From assembly GCA_963575745.1 (NCBI GenBank), contig CAUYUJ010000177.1, forward strand, positions 62,001 through 117,193: a DNA stretch of 55,193 bases, in the 5' to 3' direction. The position numbers and the translations under genes were made by a program. Below, piece after piece: positions 36,570 through 51,320 of the stretch (its first letter is position 1; each line of letters starts with the position of its first letter). Origin of the DNA: Prorocentrum cordatum. Taxonomy: Eukaryota. Below the pieces are notes generated by a model that saw nothing but the letters and a program-made list of their open reading frames with translations, was not told the DNA's origin and made no database searches.

Positions 36570-37840
36570 AGGGCAGCATGGAGATCTGATCTGCGGAACG
36601 CCAGGTCGCCACCGCAGGGTTGACAAGGGGGGGCCTGCGCCATCGCAAGTCGCAAGTAGCTCTCAGGCAGGCCGGGTCCCCCCCCCAAGGGGTGGACGAG
36701 GCGGACCCCTTCCTCTGCCGCCGGTGTATCTGTGGGCTGACAAGAGGGACCTGTTCCGCAGGATAGCCGACCGCCGCTTTGGCGGTTTCCGAGGTAAACC
36801 AGTTCATGTTTGGGCACTCTCTCACCTGATGGGTGACACGGAGGACCTGCTCCAACTCGGGTCATCGCCACGTGACGGCTTGTTCTCTCCTCAGCAGGGC
36901 TGATCGCTGGCTTCTGGGTGGCCGAGGGACCTGTTCCACAGCACTGCGGATCATCGCCTTTCCACAGGTGAAGGTTAGAGGCGGCCCCCCAGCGGGACTG
37001 ATTGCCGGCCTGCGGCCTCCACAGCAGGGCGGAGCGCCACCCCTGGGGCAGCAGGTTTGCGCGCGCTTGTCCATGGAGCGATGACCGTCGTTGGACCGCC
37101 AGTCCACGGACACGTCGATCCAAATAGCTGCGCCCGGAGCGTCTTGGGCGTCCGCGCTAGCAGGCAGACGCCCGCGCAGAGTGTCATCTAACTGCCCCCA
37201 GGCCGCGGACGCACCGCCCGGCAGGCGGCTGCGCCGTAGTGCTTTGGTTCTAGTTTATTTTGCGCCCAGGACGTGCTGGCAGCTTAAACGGTCGCTGCTT
37301 CTTTGCGGTCGGCGCCTGTCTGGCCAGGTTGATTTGACGCCACCGCAGCATTAGCCGGCCTGCCCGCCGCAGCCTCCAGACGACCTTGTTTCTCCTGGAG
37401 TTGGGGGTGATGGGCGGAGGAGCACATGGACGGAGTGATATGTGGTGGGGGTGGGGGGAGACGGAGTCGGTAAGATCCGCCATTCTGACATTTAGCTTGC
37501 TACCATTGCAATGCCCCCCCTCGCCGGCACAGGGTTGCATCCCTACTTCCTCCACGACCAGGATTTCCCCCCCGCGCCCTCCGAGGGCAGGACCTAACGA
37601 GGGGACTCAGGCCTCGGCAAGACCACTAAGGATCTTCCCGCCCGTCTGAGGCGGATGCGTTTGAGACGGAGTTCCTTCTTCACCTCCTGCCTCCACGCGC
37701 GCCGTATTGCCAAAGAAGATGCCACTTCGAGCCCGTGTCCGCCCTCCCAAGCGAAAGATCGTTGGCATGGCCGCCCCGACTTGCGGCCATGTGTGCTGGG
37801 CTTGGGCGGCAGGCCATGATGTCCAATCAAATGCCTGCAC
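36570..37840 (-). pseudogene. Possible Pif1/RecD-like (SF1B) helicase remnant
   Basis: Ordered degenerate motifs across frameshifts: ILVVEEVGM (II-like, about 37564-37538), WGAASNLHLWKGDDPQ (FGG...GDxxQ, III-like), QVLRVTHQVR (IV-like), ATWRSADQIS. Walker A not seen. Confidence 0.35.
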
Positions 37841-37920
37841 GTAATTGGGCCAAAGAGGGAGGAGGGAGGGAGGGAGGGAGGGAGGGAGGGAGGAGGAGGA
37901 GGAGGAGCAGGAGGAGGAGG

Positions 37921-38820
37921 AGGACCAGTGGAAACCGAAGAATCATCAACGATGTTGGAAGAAACTCTCCTTCCAGGCCCCCTCGTCAAAAAAAGGCCCC
38001 ATAGAGTGGTTCTTGGAAGACAACCGTTTGAAAACCCCGAAGCATGCCAAAGCATTGTTCTGGGGATTTCCTTGCCACGGATGTACCAGACTGTTGCGTC
38101 TTGACGATTTTGATTCGCGCCAGAAAATTCCACAGATCTTGACACAGCGAACCAACGTAAATGTTGCACCCTGATACTCCTGAATCCTTCCAACACGCTC
38201 TGTTTGGTACGCTGGTCATGGGGATCCTTGAAAGCTTTGCAGTTTTTTGCAAGGAATGTTCGCGGCACTAAGGCGAGAGCCACATTTTGAAAACAACCCG
38301 CCCTCAATCTGCGCAGCTCTTGCAATTAAAAAAAAAATGTGCGCGGCGCTAAAACCAGAGCCACATTTCGAAAACGAGCCGCCCTCAATCCGTGAACCGG
38401 TTGAAAGTTTTTGTGACGACTCTGCGCGGGGCTGAAGCGAGAGCCGCATTTCGAAAACGAACCGCCCTCAATCCGTGAACCTATTGTCAGTTGTCGAAGC
38501 GAATATGCGTGGCGCTAAGGCGAGAGCCACATTTTGAAAACCACCTGCCCTCAATCCGTGGAGCTTTTCCAAATTTTTGAAACGAATGTGCGCGGCGCTA
38601 AGGCGAGAACCACATTTTGGACCCCCCCCGCTCTCAATCCGTGAACCGGTTGAAAGTTTTTGAAACGAAAGTGTGCGGCGCTAGGGCGAAAACCACATTT
38701 TGAAAACCGCCCGCCCTCCACCCGTGAAGCTGTTACCACCTTCAAACATGAGGAAGACATCTCATGCGAAACGCCCGGCCCGCCCAAAAAACTAGCCCCG
38801 GGGTGCGACAGGGGAAGATT
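37921..38820 (-). repeat. Inverted complete copy of the 83-bp-satellite unit
   Basis: Reverse complement of head, array and tail; abuts (GGA)n. Confidence 0.9.
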
Positions 38821-38848
38821 ATGTAGAAGGAAACGGGATCGATGATGC

Positions 38849-38892
<44 letters not shown>

Positions 38893-38930
38893 GTGATGGT
38901 GATGGTGATGGTGATGGTGATGATGCTGAT

Positions 38931-39030
38931 NNNNNNNNNNNNNNNNNNNNNNNNNNNNNNNNNNNNNNNNNNNNNNNNNNNNNNNNNNNNNNNNNNNNNN
39001 NNNNNNNNNNNNNNNNNNNNNNNNNNNNNN
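38931..39030. other. Assembly gap (100 N)
   Basis: N run between (GAT)n and (TAG)n tracts. Confidence 1.
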
Positions 39031-41220
<2,190 letters not shown>

Positions 41221-41608
41221 CTACTGCTACTACTAATGCTATTAGTAATACCATTATGCTAAAACAAGTGCTTCTAAACATTATGCTGCTAATACCAATA
41301 CGATTGATCATCATCATAATGCGACGAATAAGACTTTTACGACTCATAAGGGTACTACCGTTAAGAGTACGAATAAGCAAACGAAGGGGAGGATGTGGAG
41401 GAGAAGGCGGCGGACGAGGAGGAGGAGGAGGAGGACCAGTGTAAACCCAAGGCTCATCAGCGATGTTGCAAAGAGCCTTGGTTCAAGGTGTGCGTGAAGG
41501 GTCTGGAACTTGAAGACTCCGAACTGTAGGACAGATTCTCACGAGGGCCAAGCGACGAAAAGGGGACGACATCAATGTGTGCGGCTGTTGGGAAGCACGC
41601 TCCACAAA

Positions 41609-41645
41609 TCCGTAGCCAATTTGGCTCAAGCCATTTTGGCTCAAG
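41609..41645 (+). other. Dinoflagellate spliced-leader sequence plus tandem relict SL
   Basis: TCCGTAGCCAATTTGGCTCAAG (one mismatch to DCCGTAGCCATTTTGGCTCAAG) followed by CCATTTTGGCTCAAG. Confidence 0.95.
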
Positions 41646-43091
41646 CTTGTGTTCCGCCCGCTTTCGGCCGCGCGCGGGACCGCTTGGGATGGCGCGGGAG
41701 GAGTCGCCCCCTTGCGGCGATTCCGGAGGTGAGGTGCGAGTTCGTCGTTCGAGAGCAATGCGTACAGCGGCTCGGCGGCGCGCGCGGGAATCCGGCGGCG
41801 CAGGCTTGGCGGCGGCCAGGGCCGAGGTTCAGCGGAAGGAGGTCGAGCTGCGCGAGGTGGAGGCAGCACTGGACCTCATCGTGGGGGATTCGGCCACGGC
41901 TGACCGTGTGCGGGCCCTGCTCGCCGCGCTCGGCGCACTGGTTCGCGGCAAGGTTCCTGATTGGCTCGTTGTTCTTGACGCGACGTGGCGCTCCACGCGG
42001 AGGCGCTTGCGGTTGCCTCGATCGCCACGGCGAGTCCAGCTGCCCTGCGCAAAGCGCAGAAAAGTCCTTAGGCTGGGCCAAAGTGTGGCTGCCGCATGGG
42101 GGGCTTTGATTTGCGACGGCTGCCCCGCTCTGGAGAGTGCCAGGGTGGTTGACAAGCGGGTGGGGGCCCAGGTGCTGCGTGCGGAGGCGTTGCCCTTCGT
42201 TCGAGGTGCAGGGGTCCATCTTTTGTTGGGACCTCCTGGCGGCGTGGACGAGCTGCTGGCGGCCTTGCGCCCGACAGCACCGTCGGGTGAGGGCTTGCAG
42301 GTGTCGGTCGTGGCGGAGTCGGTGCCCGTTCCCCCCTGCCAGCGAGCACGTCTTCGGCGACATGGATGGAGACCATGTGGGTAGCTGCGGCGGTGCAGTC
42401 GCCCCGCCTTGCGAGCAGGCTGAGCAGGTGAAGCATGTGATCTCTGCTGCGGTCCCTGTGGGCTCGGACAAGGGCGACTTTGTCGGCGTGGGCGTGGATG
42501 CCTACACCTCCAGGGTGATATTTTTGACGGTGCTGATGGTCTTCTCCCTGGTGTCGAGCAGCCTTTTGTTTCGAGTTCCTCAGTGCCCGCTCTTGCACTG
42601 TATTGAGTTCTGTCTGTCTCAGTCATTCTCGCGCGGGCTGGTGCCTCATGGGATGCCTGGTCGAGCTTACCAGGGACGAGGAGGCCAGTGGTCCTGATGA
42701 CGGGCTTCTGCGGTGTGTCTCCTGCAGTTGCGTGCTCTGCGAGCGGTGCTCCCCAGCGAGCCGTCTGAGCAAGCTCGACTGTGTGTTGAACGACTACGTT
42801 CTGGGCTCGTCGACGGTTGGCCCTGCAGCCGGTCTTGGGCCCCCCGTGGGGGATGACTGCCCTTTTGCTCGCCAGTGCCGCTGCTGGGGCGTGGGCGCCC
42901 TCCTCGCGATCCCAGGCGAGGGGTATTTTTTTGTCAGCGGTGGACTCCGTCGTGATTGATCCCGCTGCCGCAGCGGCACGGCCCTCAGTGTAGCTGACGG
43001 TCTCCTCCGAGTTGGCGCTCGTGCTCGTCGTCCTTGTCGCGTTCGGCGCCTGGGAGGCTTCTGAGGTGTGAGCGTCGAGATCCAAAAAAAA
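41609..43091 (+). pseudogene. Processed retrocopy of a trans-spliced mRNA (unknown protein: coiled-coil-like N-terminus, PAM2-like motif, Cys-rich C-terminus)
   Basis: SL at the 5' end, ATG at 41689, ORF open to 42384 then frameshifted, A8 at 43084-43091. TSD is CACGCTCCACA (41596-41606) / CACGTTCCACA (43092-43102). Confidence 0.85.
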
Positions 43092-44449
43092 CACGTTCCA
43101 CACGATTTGCAATCGAGCTCGAGACAGAGACTCGTCATTCACCCCTGCATCTGTTTGTATGCTCAAGGCTTCACCGCGCAAGGCGCGAAAAAGCCTCAGG
43201 CCAGAACCACATTTCGGAAAGTACTGATTTCGTCCCGTTTAAACGCTGGGGACAGCCGAAAACAAACGTGCGAGGCGGGAGGGCCAGAACCATACGTTGA
43301 ACACAAGCTGTGTTCCATTCGCATTAGGACGGGGGGATGAATGGCGCATGCTGTTCAGATTCCATTTGTGTTCGCTACCACAATGGAAACAGGAGGGGAA
43401 AGGGGATGCTGGGGAGGCTGGTGAGGGAGGCTACGGGGTGAGTGTGGAGCAGGAGGATGACGGAGGAGAGGGGAGGGAGGGATGACGCCGGAAGATGATG
43501 AGAAGGAAGGGGAGGATACATGGATGTCGTTGCGTTGCCAGATCAGCGGCTTTTGCCTGTCTTGTCGCATGAGATAGATGATTGGCCCGCTCTCTCCACT
43601 TACATTGTCTATGGCATTTGTCTCCATTTCGTCACTCCTCCTCTTCCTCCTCCCCCCTCATCCTGACCATCATCGTCATATTCAGCCGCATCATCATCAT
43701 CCATGTTATTCATTCCTCGCTCTTCGGATATCCTTTTCCTCATCCACGTGTTCCTTTCAGTGGAGGCCAGTGTGCCAGTCTACAAGAAACCTTCCACAAG
43801 AAACCCAACCCTGAGACCCCAGGGCGTCCCTTGAGTTTTGGTGTGGGAACGTCACGTTTTCCATGGCAAAACCATCCAAACCCAAGAAACCCATTGCACC
43901 CTGGAGGCAATCAGGCTGTTTCTTGGCATGGCCCCCCACTGTATCCTTGTCCTCCTCTTCCTAGCTGTCCTGCTTTTTGTCGCTTCGTTTCATCCGGCTT
44001 CAAATCTCGCACTGGACCCTCACCATTTCTGCTCCTCCTCCTCCTCCTGGTCATCCTCCTCCTGCACCTCCACTCCCTTCCCTACTTGTGACACGTACTC
44101 GTTCTCAGTTTCCGCTCTGCCGACGTTCCTGCCAGATTTTTTGTCTTCACTGGCTTGGGCCATTGCGCTGCGTCAGGCCATGGCGACTACCAAGCCCTGG
44201 GAGACGGTCGGGGCGCGCAACAAGTCGTCGCCACGTGCTCCGAGTCAGCGCCGTCCAGGCAGAGCGGGAAGTGGACAGGAGGAGGAAGATGTAGAGGAAC
44301 ACCACTGTCTCTCTCTCTCTCTCGCGCTCTATTTCCCTCGCTCGCTCCCTCTCTTTCTCTGTCTCCGTCTCTCTCTATCCACACCATTGTTTGCCTCTCT
44401 CTCTCTCTCTTCTTCGCGCTTTTTTTTTTTTTTTTTTTTTGTTATTCTC

Positions 44450-44704
44450 CCTCTCTCTCTTTCTCTCTTTATTTGAATATATATATATATATATGTATAG
44501 ATATCTACATGTGCTCGTTTCTGACTATGTCCTTTTCACCTCTCCATATCATTCTCTACCTATTTTTTCTCGTCCCTACATTTGAATACACACATCTGCT
44601 AGCTACATAAAAGCTCCACGAATGTACACACGCACACGCATACATGTACTAGCCCTCTTCTTCCATTTCGTCTCGTCCCTGTCGCTCATCCTCGCTCTCT
44701 CAAT

Positions 44705-44740
<36 letters not shown>

Positions 44741-45000
44741 CCTCTCTCTCTCTCTCCCTCCCTCTCTCGTTATACATATTATATATATATATATTTATTA
44801 AAAAGAGTTCTATAGGTACCCTTTTACGACTATGTCCCTTCCATCTTTCCATCTCTCTCTCTCTCTACCTCTTTTTCTTCTCTCTGTACATTTGAATACA
44901 CACATCTGCTAGCTACATTAGCTTCACGTATGTACACACGCACACGCATACATGTACTAGCCCTCTTCTTCTATTTCTTATCATCCCCGTCGCTCTCTCG

Positions 45001-45043
<43 letters not shown>

Positions 45044-45680
45044 TTCTCCCTCTCTCTCTCTCCGTCTCGTTATATGTGTATATATATACACATTAATATT
45101 TATATAGGTACCCGTTTATGACTATATCCCTTCCATCTTTCCATCTCTCTCTCTCTACCTCTTTTTCTTCTCTCTGTACATGTAAATCCACACATCTGCT
45201 AGCTACATTATAGCTTCACGTATGTACACACGCACGCGCATACATGTACTAGCCCTCTTCTTCTATTTCTTCTCATCCCCGTCGCTCTCTCGCTCTCTCG
45301 CTCTCTCTCTCTCTCTATCTCTTCTCTCTCTCTCTCTTCCTCTCTCCATCCCTCTCTCGTTATATATGTAGATATAAATGTTTCTATAGGTACCCTTTTA
45401 CGACTGTGTCCCTTCCATCTTTCCATCTTTCTCTCTCTTTCTACCTCTTTTTCTTCTCTCTGTACATTTGAATACACACACCTGCTAGCTACATTATAGC
45501 TTCACGTATGTACACACGCACGCGCATACATGTACTAGCCCTCTTCTTCTATTTCTTCTCATCCCCGTCGCTCTCTCGCTCTCTCTCTCTCTCTCGCTCT
45601 TCCTTTCTCTCTCTCTCTCTTTCTCTCTTTCTCTCTCTCCATCTCTCTCTCTCTCTCTCTCCTTCCCTCTCTCTCTCTGA
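44450..45680 (+). repeat. Tandem unit of about 290-310 bp (about 4 copies) containing (CT)n/(AT)n
   Basis: Core TACATTTGAATACACACATCTGCTAGCTACAT at about 44577, 44887, 45177 and 45462. Confidence 0.9.
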
Positions 45681-46169
45681 GACGGAGCAGACCGCACAGG
45701 ACCACTTGTCCTCCCGCCAGGGCGCGCACGCGCTTCCCTGCCGCCCTGCACCGCTCGATCGCACCGGTGACGCCCCCGGAGGAGACGAGGAGGATTGACC
45801 CAACTACCTGCCGTGTGTGCGCGTCTGTGTGTGCCACATGTGCCTCCTCCTCCTCCTCCTCCTCTTCCTCCTCTTCCTCCTCCTCCTCCTCCTCCTCCTC
45901 CTCTTCCTCCTCTTCCTCCTCCTCGTCCTCGTCCTCCTCCTCCTCCTCCTCCTCCTCCTCGTCTTCCTCCTCCTCCTCGTCCTCCTCCTGGTCCTCCTCC
46001 TCCTCCCCCACGGAGGTGGGCACTTAGTTCCCCACTGCCTGTGGTGGATGCTGCCGCCGGTTGGGCCGTGCGGGCGCGTGGGAGGACGCTGCTGTGAGCT
46101 ATGAGAGGGCGCTTTCTGTGGTCGCTTGTGGGGACTTCCCCGGGTTCGGAACCCAGGGGGGGGGCTGGG

Positions 46170-46191
46170 ACGACGACGGCTTTGTGCTCGG

Positions 46192-46267
<76 letters not shown>

Positions 46268-46317
46268 GTCGTCGTCGTCGTCGTCAGCGGTGGCGGCGGC
46301 GGCGGTAGCCGCGGCGG

Positions 46318-46361
<44 letters not shown>

Positions 46362-46475
46362 TGCCCGGCGTCGTCGTCGTCGTCGTCGTCGTCGGCGTCT
46401 TCGTCGGCGTCGGCGTCGTCGGCGGTGTCGGCGTCGGCGTCGGAGTCTCTGTCGGCGACGGTCGTGTTCGGCGTG

Positions 46476-46517
<42 letters not shown>

Positions 46518-47048
46518 CTCGTCGGCGTCGGCGTCGGCGCCAGCGTCGGCGGCGGCGTCGGCGTCGGCATCGGCGTCGGCGCAAGCTGTCGGCGTCGGCG
46601 TCGTCGGCGTCATGCTCGGCGTCGTGCTCGGCGTCGGCGACGGTGTCGGCGTCGGCGTCGGCGTCGACCTCGGTGTCGTCACCCGTCGTCGTCGTTGTCG
46701 TCGTCGTCGTCGTCGTCGTTGTCGTCGTCGTTGTCATCGACGGCGTCGGCCTCGGCGTCGTGTTCGAGGCCGGCGCCGTCGGTGTCGTGCTCGGCGTCGT
46801 GCTCGGCGTCGTCAGCGCTGGCGTCGGCGTATGCGTCGTGCTCGGCGTCGTTGTCGGCGTCGGCGTCTGCGTCGTACAGGGGCGTCGGCGTCGTTATTAG
46901 CGTCTCGTCGTCGTCGTCGTCGGTCGTTCTCGGCGTCGTCGGCGTGCTCGACGTCGTTGTCGTCGTTGTTGTCTTCGTCGTCGTCGTCGTCGCCTTCGTC
47001 GTTGTCGTCGTCGTTGTCGTCGTCGTCGTCGTCGTCGTCGTCGGCGTG

Positions 47049-47099
<51 letters not shown>

Positions 47100-47317
47100 T
47101 TCGTCATCGTCGTCGTCGTTGTCGTCGTCGTGCTCGGCGTCGTGCTCGCCGTTCTCGTCGTCGTCGGTCGTCGTCGTCGTCGTCGTCGTTGTTGTCGTCG
47201 TCGTTGGTCGTCGTCGTCATCGTCGGCGTCGGCGTCGGCTTCGTCGGCGTCGTGCTCGGCGTCGTGCTCGGCGTCGTGCTCGGCGGCGTTGTCTTGCTCG
47301 TCGCCGTCGTCGTCGTT

Positions 47318-47357
<40 letters not shown>

Positions 47358-47567
47358 TCATCGTTGGCGCTGTCGTCGTCGTCGTGCTCGAGGCCGGCGC
47401 CGGCATCGGCGTCGTCGTCGGCCCGTCATCGGCGTCGGCGTCTTCGGCGTCGTGCACGTCGTCGTTTTCGGCGTCGTGCTTGGCGTCGTGCTCGTCGTCG
47501 CCAGCGTCAGTGTCGGCGTCGGCTTCGTGCTTTGCGTCGTTGTCGGCGTCGGCGTCGTCGTCGGGGG

Positions 47568-47598
<31 letters not shown>

Positions 47599-47751
47599 GT
47601 TGTTGTCGTCGTTGTTTTCGTCGGCGTCATCGTCGTCGTTGTCGTCGCCGTTGTCGTCTTCGTCGTCGTCGTCGTTGTCGTCGTCGTTGTCGTCGACGTC
47701 GGCGTCGTCGTCCTGCTCGGCGGCGTGCTCGGTGTCGTCGTCGGGGGCGTT

Positions 47752-47791
<40 letters not shown>

Positions 47792-48337
47792 TCGTCGTGC
47801 TCGGCGTCGTCGGCGTCGTGCTCGGCGCCGTGCTCGGCGTCGTGCTCGGCGTGGGCGTCGTCGTCGTCGTGCGGCGTCGTGCTCGGCGTTGTGATCGTCG
47901 GCGTCGTCGTCGTCGGGGGCGTCGTCGTCGACATCGGTGTCGGCGTCGTGCCCGGCGTCGTGCCCGGCGTCGTGCTCTTCGTCACCAGCGTTGGCGTCGG
48001 CGTCGTCGTTGTCGTCGTCGTGCTCGGCGTCGTGCTCGGCGTCGTCGTGGTCGCCTTCGTCGCCGTCGTCGTCGTCGGCGTCGTCGTCAGCCTCGGCGTC
48101 GGCGTCGGCGGCATCGTGCTCGAAGTCGTTCTCGGCGTCGTGGTCGTCGGCATCGGCGTCGTCGTCGTTGCGTCGTGCTCGGCGTCGTGCTCGGCGTCGT
48201 GCTCGTCGTCGTCATCCTTGGCGTCGGCGTCGGCGTCGGCATCGTCGTCGTCGACGTGCCCGTCGTCGTCGTCGTTGTCGTCGGCGCGTCTTCGTCGTCG
48301 TCGTCGTCGGCGTCACCTCGGCGCCGCCGCTGTCGTG

Positions 48338-48369
<32 letters not shown>

Positions 48370-48388
48370 GTCGTTGTCGTCGTCGTCG
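46170..48388. repeat. Degenerate (GTC/GGC)n block with recurring GTGCTCGGCGTC
   Basis: Direct. Confidence 0.95.
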
Positions 48389-48555
48389 GGAGTTCACCAC
48401 CCCCCTGGGTTCGAACCGGAGGGCGGGGGGACTTTTCTCCAGCCTCGGGTTCCGAGGAGCTGGGGGGTCTCCCACCCCGCCCCCCGGTTTCTGGAGGGGG
48501 TGGGTGGGCATTTTCTCCAAGCAAGCGCCATTGAAACGTGTTCTCTCTGAGCCAA

Positions 48556-49130
48556 CATGTGTATGTATGTATGCATGTACTCGTGCATGCATGCATGCAT
48601 GCATGGATGTATGTACGTGTATGTACGTGTGTATGCATGTATATATGTAGTATATTCGTATCTGAATTTGTACGTAGGTGGGAATGTACATGTATGGTTG
48701 CCCATGTATGGTTGTATGTGTTTGTGTATCTACATGTTTGCACGTAAGTGTGTATGTGTGCATGCATGTATGCATGCATGTGTTTGTGTGTCTGTGTACA
48801 TGTATGTCTGTGAGCATGCATATTTGTATGCATGCATGTGTGTATGCATATCGGTATATATATAATTGTTTGTTTGTTTGGATGCATGCATGCATGTATG
48901 CATGTATGTATGTCTGTTTGTATGTAAATATGTAAATATGTAGATTTGTATATATGTATGTATACACATATGGGTATGCTTGGATGTATGTAGTTTGTTT
49001 GTATGCAAGTTGGTGTGTTTGTATGTATGCATGTATGGATGTATGTCTGTATGTCTGTATGTCTGTATGTGTGTATGTGTGTAGGTATGTGTATATCGTA
49101 TACACACATCTATATATGTATGTGTGCATG
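48556..49130. repeat. (ATGT/ATGC)n microsatellite
   Basis: Direct. Confidence 0.92.
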
Positions 49131-49399
49131 CTCTTGCGCGCGATAGTCCCCCCATCTGCAACGTCAGGTGAGACAACCTAACGGAGGCCGTCGGTTGCAT
49201 CCTGCTTCAAGGTCGCCACCTGCATGGCTTTCTCGAGTTTGAGCGGTCTTTCCGCCGCGCGCGGTGGGATCTGCCAGGCGAAGGCTCCAACGATGCAGCT
49301 GCGCGTAGCGCAGGGCGCAGCCCTCTCTTCATATACTGCGCTCCGCTGATGTGGGAGCTGCTGCGGAGCAAGCTTGCGCAGGCGCGCTGACCTCCTTGT

Positions 49400-51320
49400 G
49401 GGGTATCACGGTTCGCGTGAAGGGGGTGCCGAATGAACCGCAGTCGCGCGAGCGCGCCCGCTGAGGGCGCAGGTGGAGCTCCCAGTGGAGCACGATACGT
49501 TTGAGGCATGCGCCGAGATGGGCGGGGGGACGCTATGCGAAGCTGCCCATTGGTGCCATCGGTGGAATTTTCGGGTCGTGATTCGCGTCAAGCGTGCGTC
49601 GAAATGAGCGGGGGGACGCTACGCGATTCCTGTCTCTGGGGCCGTAGGTACTGCTCCCTGTGGGCCAAGATCCATGTGAGTGGTGCGCCGACATGGGCGA
49701 GGGGCGCTAGTCGCTGTAGCCGTGGGTGGATCTCCCCGTGGGGCGCGATCCGTATGAGGGTTGTGCCGAAGCCGGCGGGGGGGCGTGATGCGAACCTCAT
49801 CTCTGGGGCCCTGGATGGAGCTCCCTGCGGGGCACGACCCGTGTGAGGCGTGTGCCGAAGTGAGCAGGGCGACGCTATGCGAACCTTTCCTCGGGAACCG
49901 TAAGTGCTTGCGGTCCATGCTCTGCGAGAAGAGTGTGTCGCTATGCGAATCTTGTCTCCGGGGCCGCAGGTGGAGCTCCCAGCGGGGCACGATCATTATG
50001 AAGGGTGTGCCGCGATGGGCGGGGGGACGCTATGCGAACCTTGTGCCTGGGGCCGTAGGCGGAGCTCCACGCAGGATATGAGCCGTGTGACGGGTGTGTC
50101 GAAATGGGCGGGGGGTCCCTGTGCGTACACCGTTTCGGATGAAACAGAGCGAAAGGTGTGGAAGTCACAATTTCTCGCCGAACGAGATGAAGGTCCCATA
50201 CCTTTGCATGACAGTGTTATTTGTAAAAGGGTTGTCACGTACACTGCGAAACAAGGATGTCGCCACACAGTCAAACTGCCCGGCGCTTCTGAGGACGTGT
50301 TCGGGGGCCAGCGGGCCACTCCACAAAAGCATCCCCCCCTGCCCCGGCAGGAACCTTGATTTCTTCGACCACCTATCTCGATTAGACGTAAGAGTGACCC
50401 TTCGCCGGAGTGACCTTTGGTGCGCGCTCACTGGGGTCCCCCGATCGCCGCGCTCGTTGCGATATTAGCGTCTTGCGCGCTTGTGTTTGGCCTCCTCGCG
50501 CCTCCCAAGAGGCCGCGCACCAAAGGTCACTCTTACCCAGGGTCACTCTTACGTGCAGCCGACAATCGAAGAGACGTGGGGGGGGGGGGCCACTTTGTTG
50601 TTAACATCCACGAGGCGTGCAGGTCTCTGTCCGCACCGCGGCCACTCCGGATCTGGGGCGCGCTTTGCTGGAGCAGCAGCCGCCTGCGGGGATCGCGAGC
50701 CCACTAGGAAGATTTTGCCCTCCCGCCCGATGCCCACTGCAAAAGGATGGGCGGGTTAGACTTGTGGGGAGGCTGGGGCGGGATCAAGCGAACCGCAGGG
50801 CAAGCCTCCCCGACCCTCACGATGCAGCCAACCTCGAGGAAAAATAGGGCTCCGCTCGCATGCCTTACCTCGCCCCGCCGTCACCGTCACTGGCAGGGCG
50901 GGAGGGTTGCTTGGCGGGAGTGGGAAATAGTGTGGGGCCTAAGGCGGAGCTCCCTGTGGTATACGATCCACGCGAGGAGTGTGCCGAAACATGCGGGAGT
51001 ACGCCATGCGAACTCCCCGCGAGGCACGATCCGTGTGAAGGGTGTTTCATCACCCACGCGAGGGCGACACCATGCGAACCGTGTATACCGGGCCGCGGAC
51101 GGACTTCCCAGCGGGGCCGCAGATGGACCTCCCCCGCGGGGCGCGATCCGCGTGCAGGGGCTGCCGAACTGGGCGGGGGGACGCCGTGCGAGCCCTGCCC
51201 CTGCGGCCGCATATGTGTGGAGCTCCACGCGGGGCGCGACCTGCGCGCCGGGCCCGACGTCAGCGGGGGGGGGGGGGCGCCGCTCCAGCCGCGCCTCCTG
51301 GGGGCCGTGGCTGGAGCTCT
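49400..51320 (+). repeat. Two arrays of the about 80-85-bp GGAGCTCCC satellite (49400-50120 and 50930-51320)
   Basis: Same units as 1560-2190. Confidence 0.78.

Noticed and set aside
41609..41680. SL RNA gene
   Set aside because: The SL is followed by a relict SL and a UTR/ORF rather than a G(T/C) donor and SL intron, so it is a retrocopy.
46061..46125. TPR-like peptide LGRAGAWEDAAVSYERAL
   Set aside because: A single short segment with no supporting context.
48390..48460. tRNA gene (GGTTCGAACC T-arm motif)
   Set aside because: No acceptor, D or anticodon stems can be formed.
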